64,000 nt of DNA, taken from positions 64,001-128,000 of the forward strand of contig JAWXAQ010000012.1 of the NCBI GenBank assembly GCA_034439575.1, in the 5' to 3' direction. Below the pieces are notes generated by a model. It ran no database searches. It was not told the origin of the DNA and was given only the letters and a program-made list of their open reading frames with translations. Positions 42,426 through 54,680 of this stretch are shown piece by piece (within the stretch, counting starts at the first letter, position 1; every line of letters begins with the position of its first letter). A program made the position numbers and the translations under genes. The DNA is from Leptospira sp. (lineage in GTDB: Bacteria > Spirochaetota > Leptospiria > Leptospirales > Leptospiraceae).

Positions 42426-42803
42426 ATGGGTTCAGCACCTGATAGTTTTGCACCAATCCTCCTCCAACTTGCTCTGGGAATCGGTTTCTCAGGTATTATC
42501 TTATCTCTAGCCTTTCTCTTAAATCCGAAAAAAAAATCAAAACCACAAGATACCTTTGAATGTGGTGTGACCTATTACGGAGATGCGAGAGGACTTTTTA
42601 ACATTAAGTTTTATTTGGTGGCCGTCTTATTCATATTATTCGACATCGAAGCTGTGTTTTTATACCCATGGGCTGTGAATTTAATTAACTTTAAAAATGC
42701 AGGACTCGGTGGTTTTTTTCTTATCGAAATGTTTTTCTTTCTTTTGATTCTTGTGGTGGGTCTATACTATATATGGAAAAAGGGAGCACTTGAATGGGAT
42801 TAA
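42426..42803 (+). CDS. nuoA: NADH-quinone oxidoreductase subunit A
   Basis: [35 protein letters not shown]. Confidence 0.96.
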   Translation: MGSAPDSFAPILLQLALGIGFSGIILSLAFLLNPKKKSKPQDTFECGVTYYGDARGLFNIKFYLVAVLFILFDIEAVFLYPWAVNLINFKNAGLGGFFLIEMFFFLLILVVGLYYIWKKGALEWD

Positions 42804-43354
42804 CAGATGTTTTATCAAAGCCAGGTGAGATGTTTGGCGATATGTTCCAGGTTGCCACCTTAGAAAATGTTGTGCAATGGGGACAAAGTTTTTCACTTTG
42901 GCCATACCCTTTTGCCACTGCTTGTTGTGGTATCGAATATATGAGTACTTCTTGTTCCGATTATGATATAGCTCGCTTTGGTGCAGAGAGACCTTCGTTC
43001 TCACCAAGACAAGCAGATATGATTTTAGTTCTTGGAACAATTACCTATAAAATGGCACCCGTACTCAGACAAATTTATGACCAATTAGCAGAACCAAAGT
43101 TTGTTATTTCTGTAGGAGCCTGTGCATCGTCAGGTGGTATGTTTCACACCTACGGTGTGTTACAAGGTGTGGATCGTATTCTTCCTGTAGATGTTTATGT
43201 TCCTGGTTGCCCACCAAGACCCGAAGCTTTACTTGATGCACTTATGAAATTGCAGATAAAAGTTACGTCTCAAGGTCTAGAAGCACGCCGCCAAGAAATT
43301 ATGAAAAAGATCCAAGAGATCAATGAAAGAAACAAACCTCTTGTCGTTGCATGA
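42794..43354 (+). CDS. nuoB: NADH-quinone oxidoreductase subunit B
   Basis: [29 protein letters not shown]. Confidence 0.97.
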   Translation: MGLTDVLSKPGEMFGDMFQVATLENVVQWGQSFSLWPYPFATACCGIEYMSTSCSDYDIARFGAERPSFSPRQADMILVLGTITYKMAPVLRQIYDQLAEPKFVISVGACASSGGMFHTYGVLQGVDRILPVDVYVPGCPPRPEALLDALMKLQIKVTSQGLEARRQEIMKKIQEINERNKPLVVA

Positions 43355-43872
43355 AAGAAAAAATTCAAAATTATTTAGAGTCTCAATTTTCGGTTTTCCT
43401 TTTACCAAATCGTGAGATAAACACAAATTTACCTTTCTTTACTTTGAAGCCAGAAGGGATAGTTCCTGTTTGTTCAGCCTTAAAAGATCATCCGGAATTC
43501 GGATTCACTTTTTTAAATGACCTAACATCAATTGATTGGTTAGGAAAACGTGAGCCTCGGTTTGAAGTGATCTATATTTTAAAATCACCTAAACAAAAAC
43601 ACTTTCGATTACAACTCCGAGTCCCGATTGAAGAGGGAGAGGCAGTACCGAGTTTAGTAAGTGTTTATGTGGGTGCCAATTGGCCAGAGAGAGAAATTTT
43701 TGATCTAATGGGCATTCCTTTTTCGGATCACCCGCGAATGGAAAGATTGATTATGCCAGACAATTTTGTAGGTCATCCTCTCAGAAAAGATTATCCTTTG
43801 GAAGGTCCAGGTCAGGATTATTTGATTCAGGATTTATTAACTCTTCACGTAAAAGAGGACATGAACCCATAA
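43351..43872 (+). CDS. nuoC: NADH-quinone oxidoreductase subunit C
   Basis: [14 protein letters not shown] and GHPLRKDYP. Confidence 0.96.
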   Translation: MKEKIQNYLESQFSVFLLPNREINTNLPFFTLKPEGIVPVCSALKDHPEFGFTFLNDLTSIDWLGKREPRFEVIYILKSPKQKHFRLQLRVPIEEGEAVPSLVSVYVGANWPEREIFDLMGIPFSDHPRMERLIMPDNFVGHPLRKDYPLEGPGQDYLIQDLLTLHVKEDMNP

Positions 43873-43890
43873 TTGGGTGAGTAATATTTT

Positions 43891-45111
43891 ATGACGATGT
43901 ATGAAAAAACAGCCGAACATTTCGGACAAAAATACAAAGAACTTCCTGAAGGTCATTTACTTGTAAACCTTGGACCTTCGCATCCTGCGACTCATGGTAT
44001 TTTACAAAACGTAATTCAGATTGATGGCGAAAGAGTTGTCGAAGCTGAGTCTGTCATTGGTTATGTGCACAGATGTTTTGAAAAACTTGGCGAAAGATAC
44101 GATTACAATCAGTTTTTGGTTTGTACAGATCGTATGAATTATGTATCTACTCCTCTAAATAATATTGGTTGGATATTGACTGTAGAAAAAATGATGCAGA
44201 TCGAAGTTCCGTCTCGTGTTACATACGTTAGGATGATTATTTCTGAATTATCTCGGATCATGGATCATATCATTTGTAATGGCATTATGGGCGTGGATTT
44301 GGGTGCATTTTCAGGCTTATTGCATTTATTTCATCATAGAGAAAATATTTATCAGATTTTAGAAAAGCTAACGGGCGCTAGACTCACAACTACCTTTTGT
44401 AGAGTCGGTGGAATGGAAAGAGATATTTATCCTGAGTTCCAAAAAGAAATCAAACTTGTGATTCAAGGTTTAAAGCCTGCCATCGCCGAATTTAGAGAGT
44501 TATTGATACGAAATAAAATTTTCAATGAAAGAACAGATGGCATTGGTGGAATATCAGCTGAAAACGCTATCGCCTATGGTTTTTCAGGCCCCAATTTACG
44601 AGCTGCAGGTGTTTCTTGGGATGTGAGAAAAGATGATCCATATATGTTCTATGACAAAGTGGACTTTGATATCCCTGTTGGAGAAGACGGATCCGCCCTT
44701 CACCGAACTCTTGTTCGTATGGAGGAAATGGTACAATCTATCCGCATCATAGAACAGTTAATAGATGGCATCCCAGAAGGTCCTTACCATGCTGATGTGC
44801 CCCACGTATTTTTACCTGAGAAAGATCGCGTTTATCACAACATGGAAGAATTGATTTATCATTTTAAAATCATTATGCACGGAATCAAAGTTCCCGCCGG
44901 TGAATACTATCATTCCACAGAAGCCGCAAATGGAGAATTGGGTTTTTATGTTGTTTCCGAAGGCGATAAAACACCTTGGCGAGTGCATGTCAGAAGGCCT
45001 TGTTTTTGGTACTACCAAGCATTTCCGATGATGGTAAAGGGCGGACTTCTTGCAGATACAGTTGCCACCATGAGTTCGTTAAACGTGATTGCCGGGGAGC
45101 TTGATTGCTAA
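43891..45111 (+). CDS. nuoD: NADH-quinone oxidoreductase subunit D
   Basis: [30 protein letters not shown]. Confidence 0.97.
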   Translation: MTMYEKTAEHFGQKYKELPEGHLLVNLGPSHPATHGILQNVIQIDGERVVEAESVIGYVHRCFEKLGERYDYNQFLVCTDRMNYVSTPLNNIGWILTVEKMMQIEVPSRVTYVRMIISELSRIMDHIICNGIMGVDLGAFSGLLHLFHHRENIYQILEKLTGARLTTTFCRVGGMERDIYPEFQKEIKLVIQGLKPAIAEFRELLIRNKIFNERTDGIGGISAENAIAYGFSGPNLRAAGVSWDVRKDDPYMFYDKVDFDIPVGEDGSALHRTLVRMEEMVQSIRIIEQLIDGIPEGPYHADVPHVFLPEKDRVYHNMEELIYHFKIIMHGIKVPAGEYYHSTEAANGELGFYVVSEGDKTPWRVHVRRPCFWYYQAFPMMVKGGLLADTVATMSSLNVIAGELDC

Positions 45112-45599
45112 TGGCATACCAATTTTCAAAAGATTCAGAAACTAGATTTCAAAAGCTAATCCCTCAGTTTCCAAACAAACGTTCTTTAATTTTACCTTGT
45201 CTCTTTCTTTTACAAAATGACCAAGGCTTTGTGGATCATATAGGTATGGAATACATTGCAGAAAGAATTGGGGCACCCATCTCACTTGCACAAGTGCATG
45301 GCGTTGCTACATTTTATACGATGTACAATAAAAAACCTGTGGGCAAGTTTCATATACAAATTTGTGCCAACATTTCTTGTTATCTGGCGGGATCAGATAC
45401 CATCACAAAAAAAGTTTGTGATAAGTTAGGTGTAGAAAAAGGCCAAACAACGAAAGACAAATCATTTACAGTCGATGAAGTGCAGTGTCTTGGTGCTTGT
45501 GGTTTTGGCCCTGTGGCACAAATTAACGATACATATTATGAACAATTAGATGCCGAAAAGATAGATCAAATTTTAGAGACATTGGCAAAGCAGGCTTAA
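45111..45599 (+). CDS. nuoE: NADH-quinone oxidoreductase subunit E
   Basis: [21 protein letters not shown]. Confidence 0.96.
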   Translation: MAYQFSKDSETRFQKLIPQFPNKRSLILPCLFLLQNDQGFVDHIGMEYIAERIGAPISLAQVHGVATFYTMYNKKPVGKFHIQICANISCYLAGSDTITKKVCDKLGVEKGQTTKDKSFTVDEVQCLGACGFGPVAQINDTYYEQLDAEKIDQILETLAKQA

Positions 45600-45600
45600 G

Positions 45601-46899
45601 ATGGGATTAAGAAATTTACTTACAACACATATAAATCATCCCGAATCTCAAACTTTAAAACATTATATGTCTGTTGGTGGATATGAATCTTCCAAAAAAG
45701 CATTGAATGAAATGACCGCCGAACAGATCATAAATGATGTAAAGACCTCTGGGCTTCGAGGGCGAGGTGGGGCTGGCTTTCCAACTGGTAATAAATGGTC
45801 TTTCATTCCAAAAACGGATAAACCAAAATACCTTATTTGCAATGGGGATGAAGGGGAGCCTGGTACTTATAAAGACAGATTGTTAATAGAAAAACTCCCG
45901 CATATGCTTATAGAGGGTATGGTCATCGCTGCCAAAGCCATAGATTCTCACCAAGGTTATATTTATATTCGCGGTGAGTTTATGAAAGGCATAACGATTG
46001 TGGAAAAGGCTGTCGAAGAAGCCTATGCAAACCACTTACTTGGAAAAAACATCCAAGGTTCAGGATTTGATTTTGAACTTACAGTCTATTCGGGAGCGGG
46101 TGCTTATATTTGCGGCGAAGAATCAGCTCTTATCAATTCACTCGAAGGAAGGAGGGGCCATCCAAGACTCAAACCCCCTTTCCCTGCCGTATCTGGACTA
46201 TATTCATGTCCGACTGTTGTCAATAATGTGGAGACCTTTTGCAATGTCCCTCACATCATTCAAATGACTGGCGAGGAATACAAAAAAATCGGAACAGAAA
46301 AATCTCCCGGTACTCGCCTATTTGCCGTTAGTGGTCACGTAAAAAAACGCGGTATTTATGAAGTGGAAATGGGCACTCCCTTAAAAGAACTTATCTATGA
46401 TATCTGTGGTGGTATCAAAGACGACAAACAATTGAAAGCGGTGATCCCTGGCGGATCATCATCTCCAATTCTAAATGCAGAAGAAGTGATGATTGCCACA
46501 CTCGACTATGAATCCATCGCAAGCCTCAAATCTATGTTAGGTTCTGGTGCTGTCATTATACTTTCTGAAGAAGCAGACCTTGTCGAAACTACATATCGAT
46601 TGGCCGAATTTTATTCCCACGAATCTTGTGGTCAATGTACACCTTGCCGAGAAGGGACACATTGGGTGAAGGACATCCTCCACAAAATCCGGGAAGGTCA
46701 TGGTTCAGAAAAAGACGTAGAACTTTTATTTTCCATAGCTAGAAATATGGAAGGTGGGACAACTATTTGCCCTTTGGCGGATGCTTGTGTCATGGCTGTT
46801 CGACCCACAATGCAAAAGTTTAAAGAAGAATTCTCTAAACGATTAGTTAACGATAAAGTAGAAGTGTTATCAAATAAAGAAGTAATCAATGTTACATAA
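45601..46899 (+). CDS. nuoF: NADH-quinone oxidoreductase subunit F
   Basis: [39 protein letters not shown]. Confidence 0.97.
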   Translation: MGLRNLLTTHINHPESQTLKHYMSVGGYESSKKALNEMTAEQIINDVKTSGLRGRGGAGFPTGNKWSFIPKTDKPKYLICNGDEGEPGTYKDRLLIEKLPHMLIEGMVIAAKAIDSHQGYIYIRGEFMKGITIVEKAVEEAYANHLLGKNIQGSGFDFELTVYSGAGAYICGEESALINSLEGRRGHPRLKPPFPAVSGLYSCPTVVNNVETFCNVPHIIQMTGEEYKKIGTEKSPGTRLFAVSGHVKKRGIYEVEMGTPLKELIYDICGGIKDDKQLKAVIPGGSSSPILNAEEVMIATLDYESIASLKSMLGSGAVIILSEEADLVETTYRLAEFYSHESCGQCTPCREGTHWVKDILHKIREGHGSEKDVELLFSIARNMEGGTTICPLADACVMAVRPTMQKFKEEFSKRLVNDKVEVLSNKEVINVT

Positions 46900-46916
46900 A
46901 GGATCAGTTAAATAGT

Positions 46917-47987
46917 ATGGAGTGGGGATTTATTATTGCTTGGTCAGTGAAAATATTTTCACTCTTTTTTGTAATTTTAACAGGTGTTGCATATTATACT
47001 CTCGCAGAACGTAAGTTTGCTGGGTTTATTCAGGATCGTCCTGGTCCAAACCGTGCAGGCCCTTTTGGTATTTTCCAACCCCTAGCTGATGGGATCAAGT
47101 TTATAGCCAAAGAAGAAATTTTTCCGAAAAACGTATCTAAGGCGATGTATCTTTTAGCACCAACTATCTCTATGACCTGTGCTATTTTAGCTTGGGCTGT
47201 GATTCCCTTTGGTGGAACAATCCCCGCACCATTGTGGTTAACTCATCTAACAGGTATAACTACCATAGATTTGCAAGTTGCCAATCCGGATTCTGGCGTT
47301 CTTTATATGTTAGCCGTTTCTTCCCTCGCTGTTTATGGAATCATGATCGCAGGATGGGCAAGTAACAATAAATATTCTCTCCTTGGTGGAGTCAGGTCTA
47401 CAGCTCAAATGATCAGTTACGAATTGCCTATGGGGCTTTCCATCGTTGTCATAGTGATTATGACTGGCTCATTGAAGTTAACGGATATTAGTAATTCTCA
47501 AAAAGAGATTTGGAATATTTTAACTCCACCCGGTTTTGTTGCCTTTTTTATATATGTAACAGCGATGTTTGCGGAAACGAATCGTCTCCCTTTTGATTTA
47601 GCTGAAGCAGAATCTGAGTTAGTTGTAGGATTCCATACCGAATATGGAGCATTTAAATTTGCCATGTTCTTTTTAGCAGAATATATGAATATGATCACTA
47701 TGTCATGTCTCACAACTTTACTTTTTTTTGGTGGCTACAATACCCCATTCGGCATAGGGGCTGGTAGTGACTATTCGGCACTAATCGGACTGACTTTTTT
47801 TATTATCAAGGTTTTATTTTTTGCCTTTTTGTTTATTTGGGTTAGGTGGACACTACCACGTTTTCGTTATGATCAATTGATGAGACTAGGTTGGAAGAAG
47901 ATGATTCCTTGGGGTCTTTTTGCGGTTATGTTTGCCGCAATCTATACCGTCTATTGGAAGGAATTTTGGGTGAGGCTTTTTGTATGA
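46917..47987 (+). CDS. nuoH: NADH-quinone oxidoreductase subunit H
   Basis: [49 protein letters not shown]. Confidence 0.97.
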   Translation: MEWGFIIAWSVKIFSLFFVILTGVAYYTLAERKFAGFIQDRPGPNRAGPFGIFQPLADGIKFIAKEEIFPKNVSKAMYLLAPTISMTCAILAWAVIPFGGTIPAPLWLTHLTGITTIDLQVANPDSGVLYMLAVSSLAVYGIMIAGWASNNKYSLLGGVRSTAQMISYELPMGLSIVVIVIMTGSLKLTDISNSQKEIWNILTPPGFVAFFIYVTAMFAETNRLPFDLAEAESELVVGFHTEYGAFKFAMFFLAEYMNMITMSCLTTLLFFGGYNTPFGIGAGSDYSALIGLTFFIIKVLFFAFLFIWVRWTLPRFRYDQLMRLGWKKMIPWGLFAVMFAAIYTVYWKEFWVRLFV

Positions 47988-48592
47988 ATTTACCAAATAC
48001 CCCAGAAGTTTATTTGTTTTTTCTCTTTTCTACGATTTGTGTATTAACATCGATTAGCGTTATATTTCAGAAGAATCCTGTATTTTCTGCCGTTTCACTC
48101 GTCTTTACCTTTTTTTCTTTGGCTGGTATATACGGAATCATGGGGGCATTATTTATAGCCACTATGCAGGTGTTAGTCTATGCAGGTGCCATCATGGTGC
48201 TAATAGTTTTTGTATTGATGTTACTTTCACAAAGAGCCGAGTCCCTTTCCAAGTTCCTTAAAAATCCTATCAAAGTTTTAGTTTTATCTATATTTGCATT
48301 TTGTTTCTTTTTCGCATTGCAATCTGCATTGAATACGGGTGTTCCTTTTAACGCAAATCCAGGTAAAGGATATGTAAAGGTAGATACACAAAACACTTAC
48401 CAATATCCGATCGCTGGCACAACGAGTGTTTCGGCCACTGGCAATGTCGCGACTGTAGGAGCGGCTACATTTTTGGACTATTTACTTCCTTTTGAATTGA
48501 TTTCATTGCTTTTGTTAGTTGCTGTCATTGGTGCAGTGATACTCGCAAAACGACGTTTAAGTGCTGAGGAAACTAAGGATACTATTTTATGA
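47984..48592 (+). CDS. nuoJ: NADH-quinone oxidoreductase subunit J
   Basis: [12 protein letters not shown] and [19 protein letters not shown] at 47984 overlaps the nuoH stop. Confidence 0.95.
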   Translation: MNLPNTPEVYLFFLFSTICVLTSISVIFQKNPVFSAVSLVFTFFSLAGIYGIMGALFIATMQVLVYAGAIMVLIVFVLMLLSQRAESLSKFLKNPIKVLVLSIFAFCFFFALQSALNTGVPFNANPGKGYVKVDTQNTYQYPIAGTTSVSATGNVATVGAATFLDYLLPFELISLLLLVAVIGAVILAKRRLSAEETKDTIL

Positions 48593-48909
48593 ACCAATTC
48601 ATCTCAGGAATTCCGATTAATTATTTTTTAGGATTGGCTGGCATTTTATTTTCAATAGGTGTGCTTGGTGTATTGATTCGAAGAAATGCAGTTATCATTT
48701 TTATGTCCGTAGAACTTATATTAAATTCCGTTAACTTAGTTTTTGTAACGTTTTCAAAATCTTTATTTAATGTTTCAGGTGAAGTGATTGTTTTTTTCGT
48801 TATGGCAATAGCCGCAGCAGAAGCCGCTGTCGGTTTAGCCTTAGTGATCGCAATTTTTAGGCAGAACAAATCTGCGAATGTGGACGAACTCCAATCATTG
48901 AAGTGGTGA
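48589..48909 (+). CDS. nuoK: NADH-quinone oxidoreductase subunit K
   Basis: MSVELILN and [10 protein letters not shown]. Confidence 0.96.
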   Translation: MNQFISGIPINYFLGLAGILFSIGVLGVLIRRNAVIIFMSVELILNSVNLVFVTFSKSLFNVSGEVIVFFVMAIAAAEAAVGLALVIAIFRQNKSANVDELQSLKW

Positions 48910-48911
48910 AT

Positions 48912-50843
48912 ATGTTAGATTTATTTCCCTTAGTCGTATTACTGCCCTTACTCGGTTTTTTGCACAATGGATTTTTAAGAAACCGTATACCTCATCGCTT
49001 TGCAGGAGCGATTGGGACGATAGCAGTATTTATCCCATTTTGTATAACCCTCTTAGCCTTCTTAGAATTTAGACCTATGGAAAGATCGGCGCCTCATGTG
49101 GTTTCCCTTTTTTCCTGGATTCACGTGGGTGATTTTAAAGCAGATATTGCCTATCAAATTGACCAACTTTCTTTCTATATGACCCTCATCATCACAGGAA
49201 TCGGAACTCTGATTCATTTGTATTCTATGGGTTACATGAAAGGTGAAGAAGGGTATAATCGATTTTTTGCCTATCTTAATCTTTTCGTCTTTTCTATGTT
49301 AAATCTTGTTCTTGCCGACAATCTTTTGTTAACGTTTCTTGGTTGGGAAGGAGTAGGGCTTTGTTCATATTTGCTTATAGGATTTGAATACGAAAAGAAT
49401 TCTGCCGCTAATGCAGGTATGAAAGCTTTTATTGTAAATCGTATCGGTGATGTTGGTTTTATCATTGGCACAGGATTTCTATTTTGGCTCACAGGAAGTA
49501 TCCGTTATCTAGATATACAGTCCACCATACCTGGACTTTCCGGATTTTTACCATATGCAGATATTATTGGTTTATTGTTTTTTATCGCTGCAATGGGAAA
49601 ATCAGCACAAGTTCCCTTATATGTTTGGCTACCTGATGCCATGGCAGGTCCGACACCAGTATCAGCATTAATACATGCTGCGACAATGGTAACAGCAGGA
49701 ATCTTTCTTATGGCGAGGTTAAATATTGTTTTTCTTGTGGCACCAAACACGTCTTTATTTATCGCAATCATCGGTGCTTCTACGGCTCTTTTTGCCGCGA
49801 CCATAGGTACATTACAAAATGATATTAAAAAGATACTTGCCTATTCCACCGTATCTCAGTTAGGTTTTATGTTTCTTGCAATGGGTGTCGGTAGTTATGT
49901 GGCCGGTCTTTTCCATTTGATGACTCATGCATTTTTTAAGGCTTTGTTGTTTCTAGGTGCAGGTTCAGTCATACACATCTTGCATCACGAACAAAACATC
50001 CGTAAGATGGGTGGATTATTTTCGAAAGTAAAAATCACTTCAATAACATTTTTACTCGGAACCATTGCGATCGCTGGCATTCCGCCATTTTCTGGATTTT
50101 TTTCCAAAGATTTAATTTTAGAAAAAGCGTTTCAATACCCAACTTTCGGACCAATGTTATGGACTATGGGAATCCTTGCCGCATTCTTCACGGCATTCTA
50201 TATGTTTCGATTGGTGTTTGTTGTTTTTTTTGGTAAGGATAATGTCGAGACTCATGGAAAAAAAATACACGAATCTCCATGGACCATTACCTTTCCCTTG
50301 GTCGTACTTGCCGCAGGTTCTGTGTTAGCTGGATTAGTGCAGACTCCACATTTTTTCTTAAATATTCATGTTTTGGAAACTTACTTTGAACCAGTTCTAA
50401 ATCCTGGAAAATCCTTTGCCTTAGTGAATCATTTAAATATTTCTTATACTGCTTTAACGGAAAATCAGGCCATTGGTCTTGCAGTATTTTCTGTCATCAT
50501 TGCACTTATCGGAATATCCATAGCATTTGTTTTTTATTCCCTGAAACCTTCGGAAATTTTAGAAGAACATACTGGATTTCGTAAAATTCTTTTTCATAAG
50601 TATTATATCGATGAGTTATATGATTTAATCTTTGTTAAGCCTTATTTGACAATATCAAAAGGTGTCGCATTTGTTTTTGATCGTTATGTGATAGATGGTT
50701 TTTTTATTGGTATTGGTTACAGTATCGGATGGATGGGAGGGTTTTTGCGTAGAATTCAAACTGGTTTTGTTGGTGACTATGCCCTATACATCACCCTCGG
50801 TTCCTTCTTTATTTTAATCTATCTTTTAGTGAAGGGAGTGTAA
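48912..50843 (+). CDS. nuoL: NADH-quinone oxidoreductase subunit L
   Basis: GWEGVGLCSYLLI, KSAQVPLYVWLPDAMAGPTPVSALIHAATMV, THAFFKALLFL. Start is GTG at 48903 or ATG at 48912. Confidence 0.97.
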   Translation: MLDLFPLVVLLPLLGFLHNGFLRNRIPHRFAGAIGTIAVFIPFCITLLAFLEFRPMERSAPHVVSLFSWIHVGDFKADIAYQIDQLSFYMTLIITGIGTLIHLYSMGYMKGEEGYNRFFAYLNLFVFSMLNLVLADNLLLTFLGWEGVGLCSYLLIGFEYEKNSAANAGMKAFIVNRIGDVGFIIGTGFLFWLTGSIRYLDIQSTIPGLSGFLPYADIIGLLFFIAAMGKSAQVPLYVWLPDAMAGPTPVSALIHAATMVTAGIFLMARLNIVFLVAPNTSLFIAIIGASTALFAATIGTLQNDIKKILAYSTVSQLGFMFLAMGVGSYVAGLFHLMTHAFFKALLFLGAGSVIHILHHEQNIRKMGGLFSKVKITSITFLLGTIAIAGIPPFSGFFSKDLILEKAFQYPTFGPMLWTMGILAAFFTAFYMFRLVFVVFFGKDNVETHGKKIHESPWTITFPLVVLAAGSVLAGLVQTPHFFLNIHVLETYFEPVLNPGKSFALVNHLNISYTALTENQAIGLAVFSVIIALIGISIAFVFYSLKPSEILEEHTGFRKILFHKYYIDELYDLIFVKPYLTISKGVAFVFDRYVIDGFFIGIGYSIGWMGGFLRRIQTGFVGDYALYITLGSFFILIYLLVKGV

Positions 50844-50847
50844 TTGA

Positions 50848-52584
50848 GTGCCTAGTCAAATTATTTCCATCATCATTGCCATTCCACTCATAGCTTCGTT
50901 TTTGATTTTATTCCAAAGAAGAGTGGGAAGTGTCATTGTTATATCTGCTTTATCTTCTGCGTTTACAACGATATTGTCTTTCGGTTTATTTTTTTTCTTT
51001 GATACAACTAACTCAGGTTTGCAATTTGTACACTGGATTCCAGATTGGATCGTTTCTGGGAAACTCAGTATAGATTATCAAGTTGGTCTCGATGGGGTAT
51101 CATTGCTTTTATTTAGTCTCACAGCATTTCTATTTTTTATATCTAGCATTGCTTCTTGGTCTAATATCCCAAGAAAGATAAAAGAATTTCACATATGTTT
51201 GTTGGTATTAGAGGCATCAGTCCTCGGTGTCTTTGCGGCAGGGAATCTCGTTCTCTTTTATGTGTTCTGGGAAGTTATGGTTCTACCCATGGTGCTTATG
51301 ATTGGTATTTGGGGTGGGGAAGATAGAACTAAGGCCGCATTAAAATACTTTTTGTTTTCCATGGCAGGTTCCCTGTTTATGTTAGGTGGCATCCTTACTT
51401 TATATTTTAAAACAGGCAAAACATCCATAGAATCTCTTTCAACTATGGACCTATCGATATTTGGCCCTTCATTGCAATGGTTTTTATTTTTTACCTTTGC
51501 TTTAGCCTTTGCTATAAAAATCCCTTTATTTCCATTTCATACATGGATGCCAGATGTTCACACCCAGGCACCTACTGTGGGTTCGGTGGATTTAGCTGGC
51601 GTTTTGTTAAAAATTGGTGCTTATGGATTTATTCGTTTTTGTATTCCCTTTTTTCCAGAAGTGAGTTTAGAAACAAAAGACCTTTTCCAATTATTGGCGG
51701 TCATTGGTATCATTTATGGCGCCATGGCGGCACTTGCCCAAAAAGATATTAAAAGGATCATTGCCTATAGTTCCTTGTCACACTTAGGTTATTGTATGTT
51801 AGGTATCTTCTCTTTCACGGAAGAAGGTGCCGTTGGTGGAATGTTGCAGATGATATCGCATGGTGTTTCAACTGGAATGTTATTTTTGATGATTGGGATG
51901 ATCTATGAACGTGCCCGAACTCGAGACATTGCAGAGTTTGGTGGTCTTGTGCGACAAATGCCTATATTTTCCATCTTCTTTTTGTTAGCCGTTCTATCTT
52001 CTATCGGATTACCTGGCACCAACGGATTTGTGGGTGAATTTTTGATTTTAGTAGGTAGTCTTAAAAGCAATTTCTACTTTGGTTCAATCGCCGCACTTGG
52101 AGTCGTCTTCGGTGCCTTGTATTTGTTATGGTTTGTAAAACGATTTCTTTTTGGTGTAAGTAAAACGATCCAAGCAAAACCATACCAGGATTTACACTTT
52201 AGAGAGATTGGATTACTCACTCCACTTGTAATATTAATATTTTGGATTGGAATGTATCCGACTCCTTTCTTGGAAATATTAAAACCATCGGCTCGCGTTT
52301 ATTTAAACTCTGCCTCAGTAAAAGCAATTCAAGAACGTAGTGTTCTCTCTAGAGACAATATCGGTCTACCAAATACTCGAATTTTCACCGACTATCTTAG
52401 CTTAGGCGCTCCTCTTGAATCTTATGAATTGAGATTGGGGAAATATGTTTCAAATTCAGCGATAAAAAGTTTATTACGGCCAATAGAAAAAAAATCTGAA
52501 GATACAATTTTGGAAGGTTTTGACCAAAAGATAGATTCGGATTTTCCGGATGACGGGAATTCCAAGAAAGAAGGAAATAAATAA
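50848..52584 (+). CDS. nuoM: NADH-quinone oxidoreductase subunit M (C-terminally extended)
   Basis: FYVFWE, KIPLFPFHTWMPDVH, LLKIGAYG, GLPGTNGFVGE. Confidence 0.96.
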   Translation: MPSQIISIIIAIPLIASFLILFQRRVGSVIVISALSSAFTTILSFGLFFFFDTTNSGLQFVHWIPDWIVSGKLSIDYQVGLDGVSLLLFSLTAFLFFISSIASWSNIPRKIKEFHICLLVLEASVLGVFAAGNLVLFYVFWEVMVLPMVLMIGIWGGEDRTKAALKYFLFSMAGSLFMLGGILTLYFKTGKTSIESLSTMDLSIFGPSLQWFLFFTFALAFAIKIPLFPFHTWMPDVHTQAPTVGSVDLAGVLLKIGAYGFIRFCIPFFPEVSLETKDLFQLLAVIGIIYGAMAALAQKDIKRIIAYSSLSHLGYCMLGIFSFTEEGAVGGMLQMISHGVSTGMLFLMIGMIYERARTRDIAEFGGLVRQMPIFSIFFLLAVLSSIGLPGTNGFVGEFLILVGSLKSNFYFGSIAALGVVFGALYLLWFVKRFLFGVSKTIQAKPYQDLHFREIGLLTPLVILIFWIGMYPTPFLEILKPSARVYLNSASVKAIQERSVLSRDNIGLPNTRIFTDYLSLGAPLESYELRLGKYVSNSAIKSLLRPIEKKSEDTILEGFDQKIDSDFPDDGNSKKEGNK

Positions 52585-52585
52585 A

Positions 52586-54028
52586 ATGTCCTACATTCCG
52601 AATTTAAATGATTTATTTTCCATATTACCGATGTTAATACTCTCTGGCGCAGGGATTTTGCTCCTTGTCCTTCAATTTTTATTACCAAATAAAAATGATA
52701 CTTCTCCACTTTGGTTAATCACTTTATTAGCTCTGTTTGGTTCTCTATTTTCATTGTGGTATGTGACTCAGTCTCCAGGTTTCGGAATTTATTTTCATTC
52801 TCAAGTTTCGGTGAGTCCCCTGACGTTTTGGTTAAATGCACTATATATACTTTCTGGAATTGCTACAGTATTTATTGCACCTAATGTATTAAAAAAACAT
52901 GATTCATTATTCCCTGAATTTTATTCGCTTCTGTTATTTTGTTTAACAGGTATGATGTTTTTGACTACTGGTTATGATTTAATTGTGATTTTTGTAGGCC
53001 TTGAAATTTTATCTCTTTGTTTTTATATTATGATCGGAATGACAAGGAATTCAGCTTCTTCTTTAGAATCTGCAATGAAATACTTCTTGTTAGGTGCATT
53101 TAGTTCTGGTTTTATGTTATTAGGTATTGCCTTTTTATATGGCGGTTCTGGCTCTACAAATTTAGACACGGCACTGCGGGGTTTATTCCAAAAAGGATAT
53201 GAATCAAATTATTCCAAACTAGGCTTCGGTTTGTTTTTGATTGGGATATTTTTTAAATCAGCACTTGTTCCTTTTCATGCTTGGACTCCAGATGTTTATG
53301 AAGGTTCACAAACACCTATCACTGGTTTTATGGCTTCAGCTGGTAAGGCTGCGGCTCTCGGATTGTTACTCGTATTATTCCAACACATACCAACGGGAAA
53401 TGCAGGGGAGACGTGGAAGTTTCTCGTCGGTGGTATTGCCTTACTTTCTATGACCTGGGGAAATATAGTCGCTCTTCGTCAAACAAACCTTAAACGAATT
53501 CTTGCCTATTCTTCAATTTCTCATGCCGGTTATATTGCCGCAGGTATCTCTTGCGGGGCAAATTTAGAAGCGCTCTATTATTTATTTATATATGCAGTGA
53601 TGAATTTAGCGGCTTTTGGGATCATAGCCTATCTGGAAGATAATGCGAGAGAAGTGACTCTTGAATCAATATCTCATCTCAGTGCAAAATTTCCATTTTC
53701 GGCGATCGGGCTTGCAATCATATTTTTATCCTTTGCTGGTTTTCCCCCACTTGTCGGCTTTTGGGCAAAGTTATTTTTATTACAAAAAATTGCTGAATCA
53801 GATTTGTTATTTAATCGTATTCTTTTGTTTGGTGCTGTAGCAAATTCCGCAATTGGTTTTTATTACTATATGAAAATCACCATTCAGTCTTATATGAAAT
53901 CTGATTTGGGTTCGATTGCTTTAGGACCAGATTTAAAAAAAGACTTTGGGATCAGTGCAGTCGTCGGTATTTCCGTAGGATTTTTAATCCTCGGTTGGAT
54001 TGTATTTCAACCAGGTGCTTTTCTATAA
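52586..54028 (+). CDS. nuoN: NADH-quinone oxidoreductase subunit N
   Basis: ESAMKYFLLG, VPFHAWTPDVYEG, LAYSSISHAGY, GFPPLVGFWAK. Confidence 0.96.
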   Translation: MSYIPNLNDLFSILPMLILSGAGILLLVLQFLLPNKNDTSPLWLITLLALFGSLFSLWYVTQSPGFGIYFHSQVSVSPLTFWLNALYILSGIATVFIAPNVLKKHDSLFPEFYSLLLFCLTGMMFLTTGYDLIVIFVGLEILSLCFYIMIGMTRNSASSLESAMKYFLLGAFSSGFMLLGIAFLYGGSGSTNLDTALRGLFQKGYESNYSKLGFGLFLIGIFFKSALVPFHAWTPDVYEGSQTPITGFMASAGKAAALGLLLVLFQHIPTGNAGETWKFLVGGIALLSMTWGNIVALRQTNLKRILAYSSISHAGYIAAGISCGANLEALYYLFIYAVMNLAAFGIIAYLEDNAREVTLESISHLSAKFPFSAIGLAIIFLSFAGFPPLVGFWAKLFLLQKIAESDLLFNRILLFGAVANSAIGFYYYMKITIQSYMKSDLGSIALGPDLKKDFGISAVVGISVGFLILGWIVFQPGAFL

Positions 54029-54078
54029 GATAACTTTCACATAAGATATTTTCTAACTAGGTTTTCCTTGCCAATCGG

Positions 54079-54107
54079 TTGAACCTAACATTTTTTGGTT
54101 ATAAACT
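54079..54107 (+). promoter_or_regulatory. Candidate sigma70 promoter of mtnD
   Basis: TTGAAC-N17-TAAACT upstream of a GGGGAG SD. Confidence 0.5.
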
Positions 54108-54149
54108 AAGATCATTCTGATTTGTTTTAGGATTTATAGGGAGATCCAT

Positions 54150-54680
54150 ATGGCTACACTTGTTACAAAAAACCAAACTTTAAAAGAATCCTCAGCGATT
54201 AGAGAGTTTTTAAAAGGTAAAGGCTTAATCTATGAGTCCTTTGAGACACCTGATATCGTTGCATCTTACTTAAATAAAAAAAGTTTGGATGATGCTGAAA
54301 AGGAGAACCTACTTTCTGGTTTGGAATATAGATTTGAAGAACTAAAATCTAAGTTTGGTTATATGGCTCGTGATCTTGTTGTTCTACATGATGAAGTGCC
54401 TGGCATCAATGATATTTTAGCAAAGTTTGATAAGCTACATTATCATACAGATGAAGAAGTGCGCTACATTGTAGATGGTTCGGGAGTATTTGGATTTATC
54501 ATCGATGGTGATAAATTTGAAGTTCATGTATCTAAAGGTGATTTTATCTCAATCCCACAAAACACAAATCATTGGTTCACTCTTGATGATAAAAAACGAA
54601 TCAAAGCAGTTCGCTATTTTAAAGATAACAGTGGTTGGGTGCCAGTCTATGTGGATGAATCTAAAGTATTAGTTCATTAA
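54150..54680 (+). CDS. mtnD: Acireductone dioxygenase (cupin, methionine salvage)
   Basis: [26 protein letters not shown]...GWVP. Confidence 0.88.
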   Translation: MATLVTKNQTLKESSAIREFLKGKGLIYESFETPDIVASYLNKKSLDDAEKENLLSGLEYRFEELKSKFGYMARDLVVLHDEVPGINDILAKFDKLHYHTDEEVRYIVDGSGVFGFIIDGDKFEVHVSKGDFISIPQNTNHWFTLDDKKRIKAVRYFKDNSGWVPVYVDESKVLVH

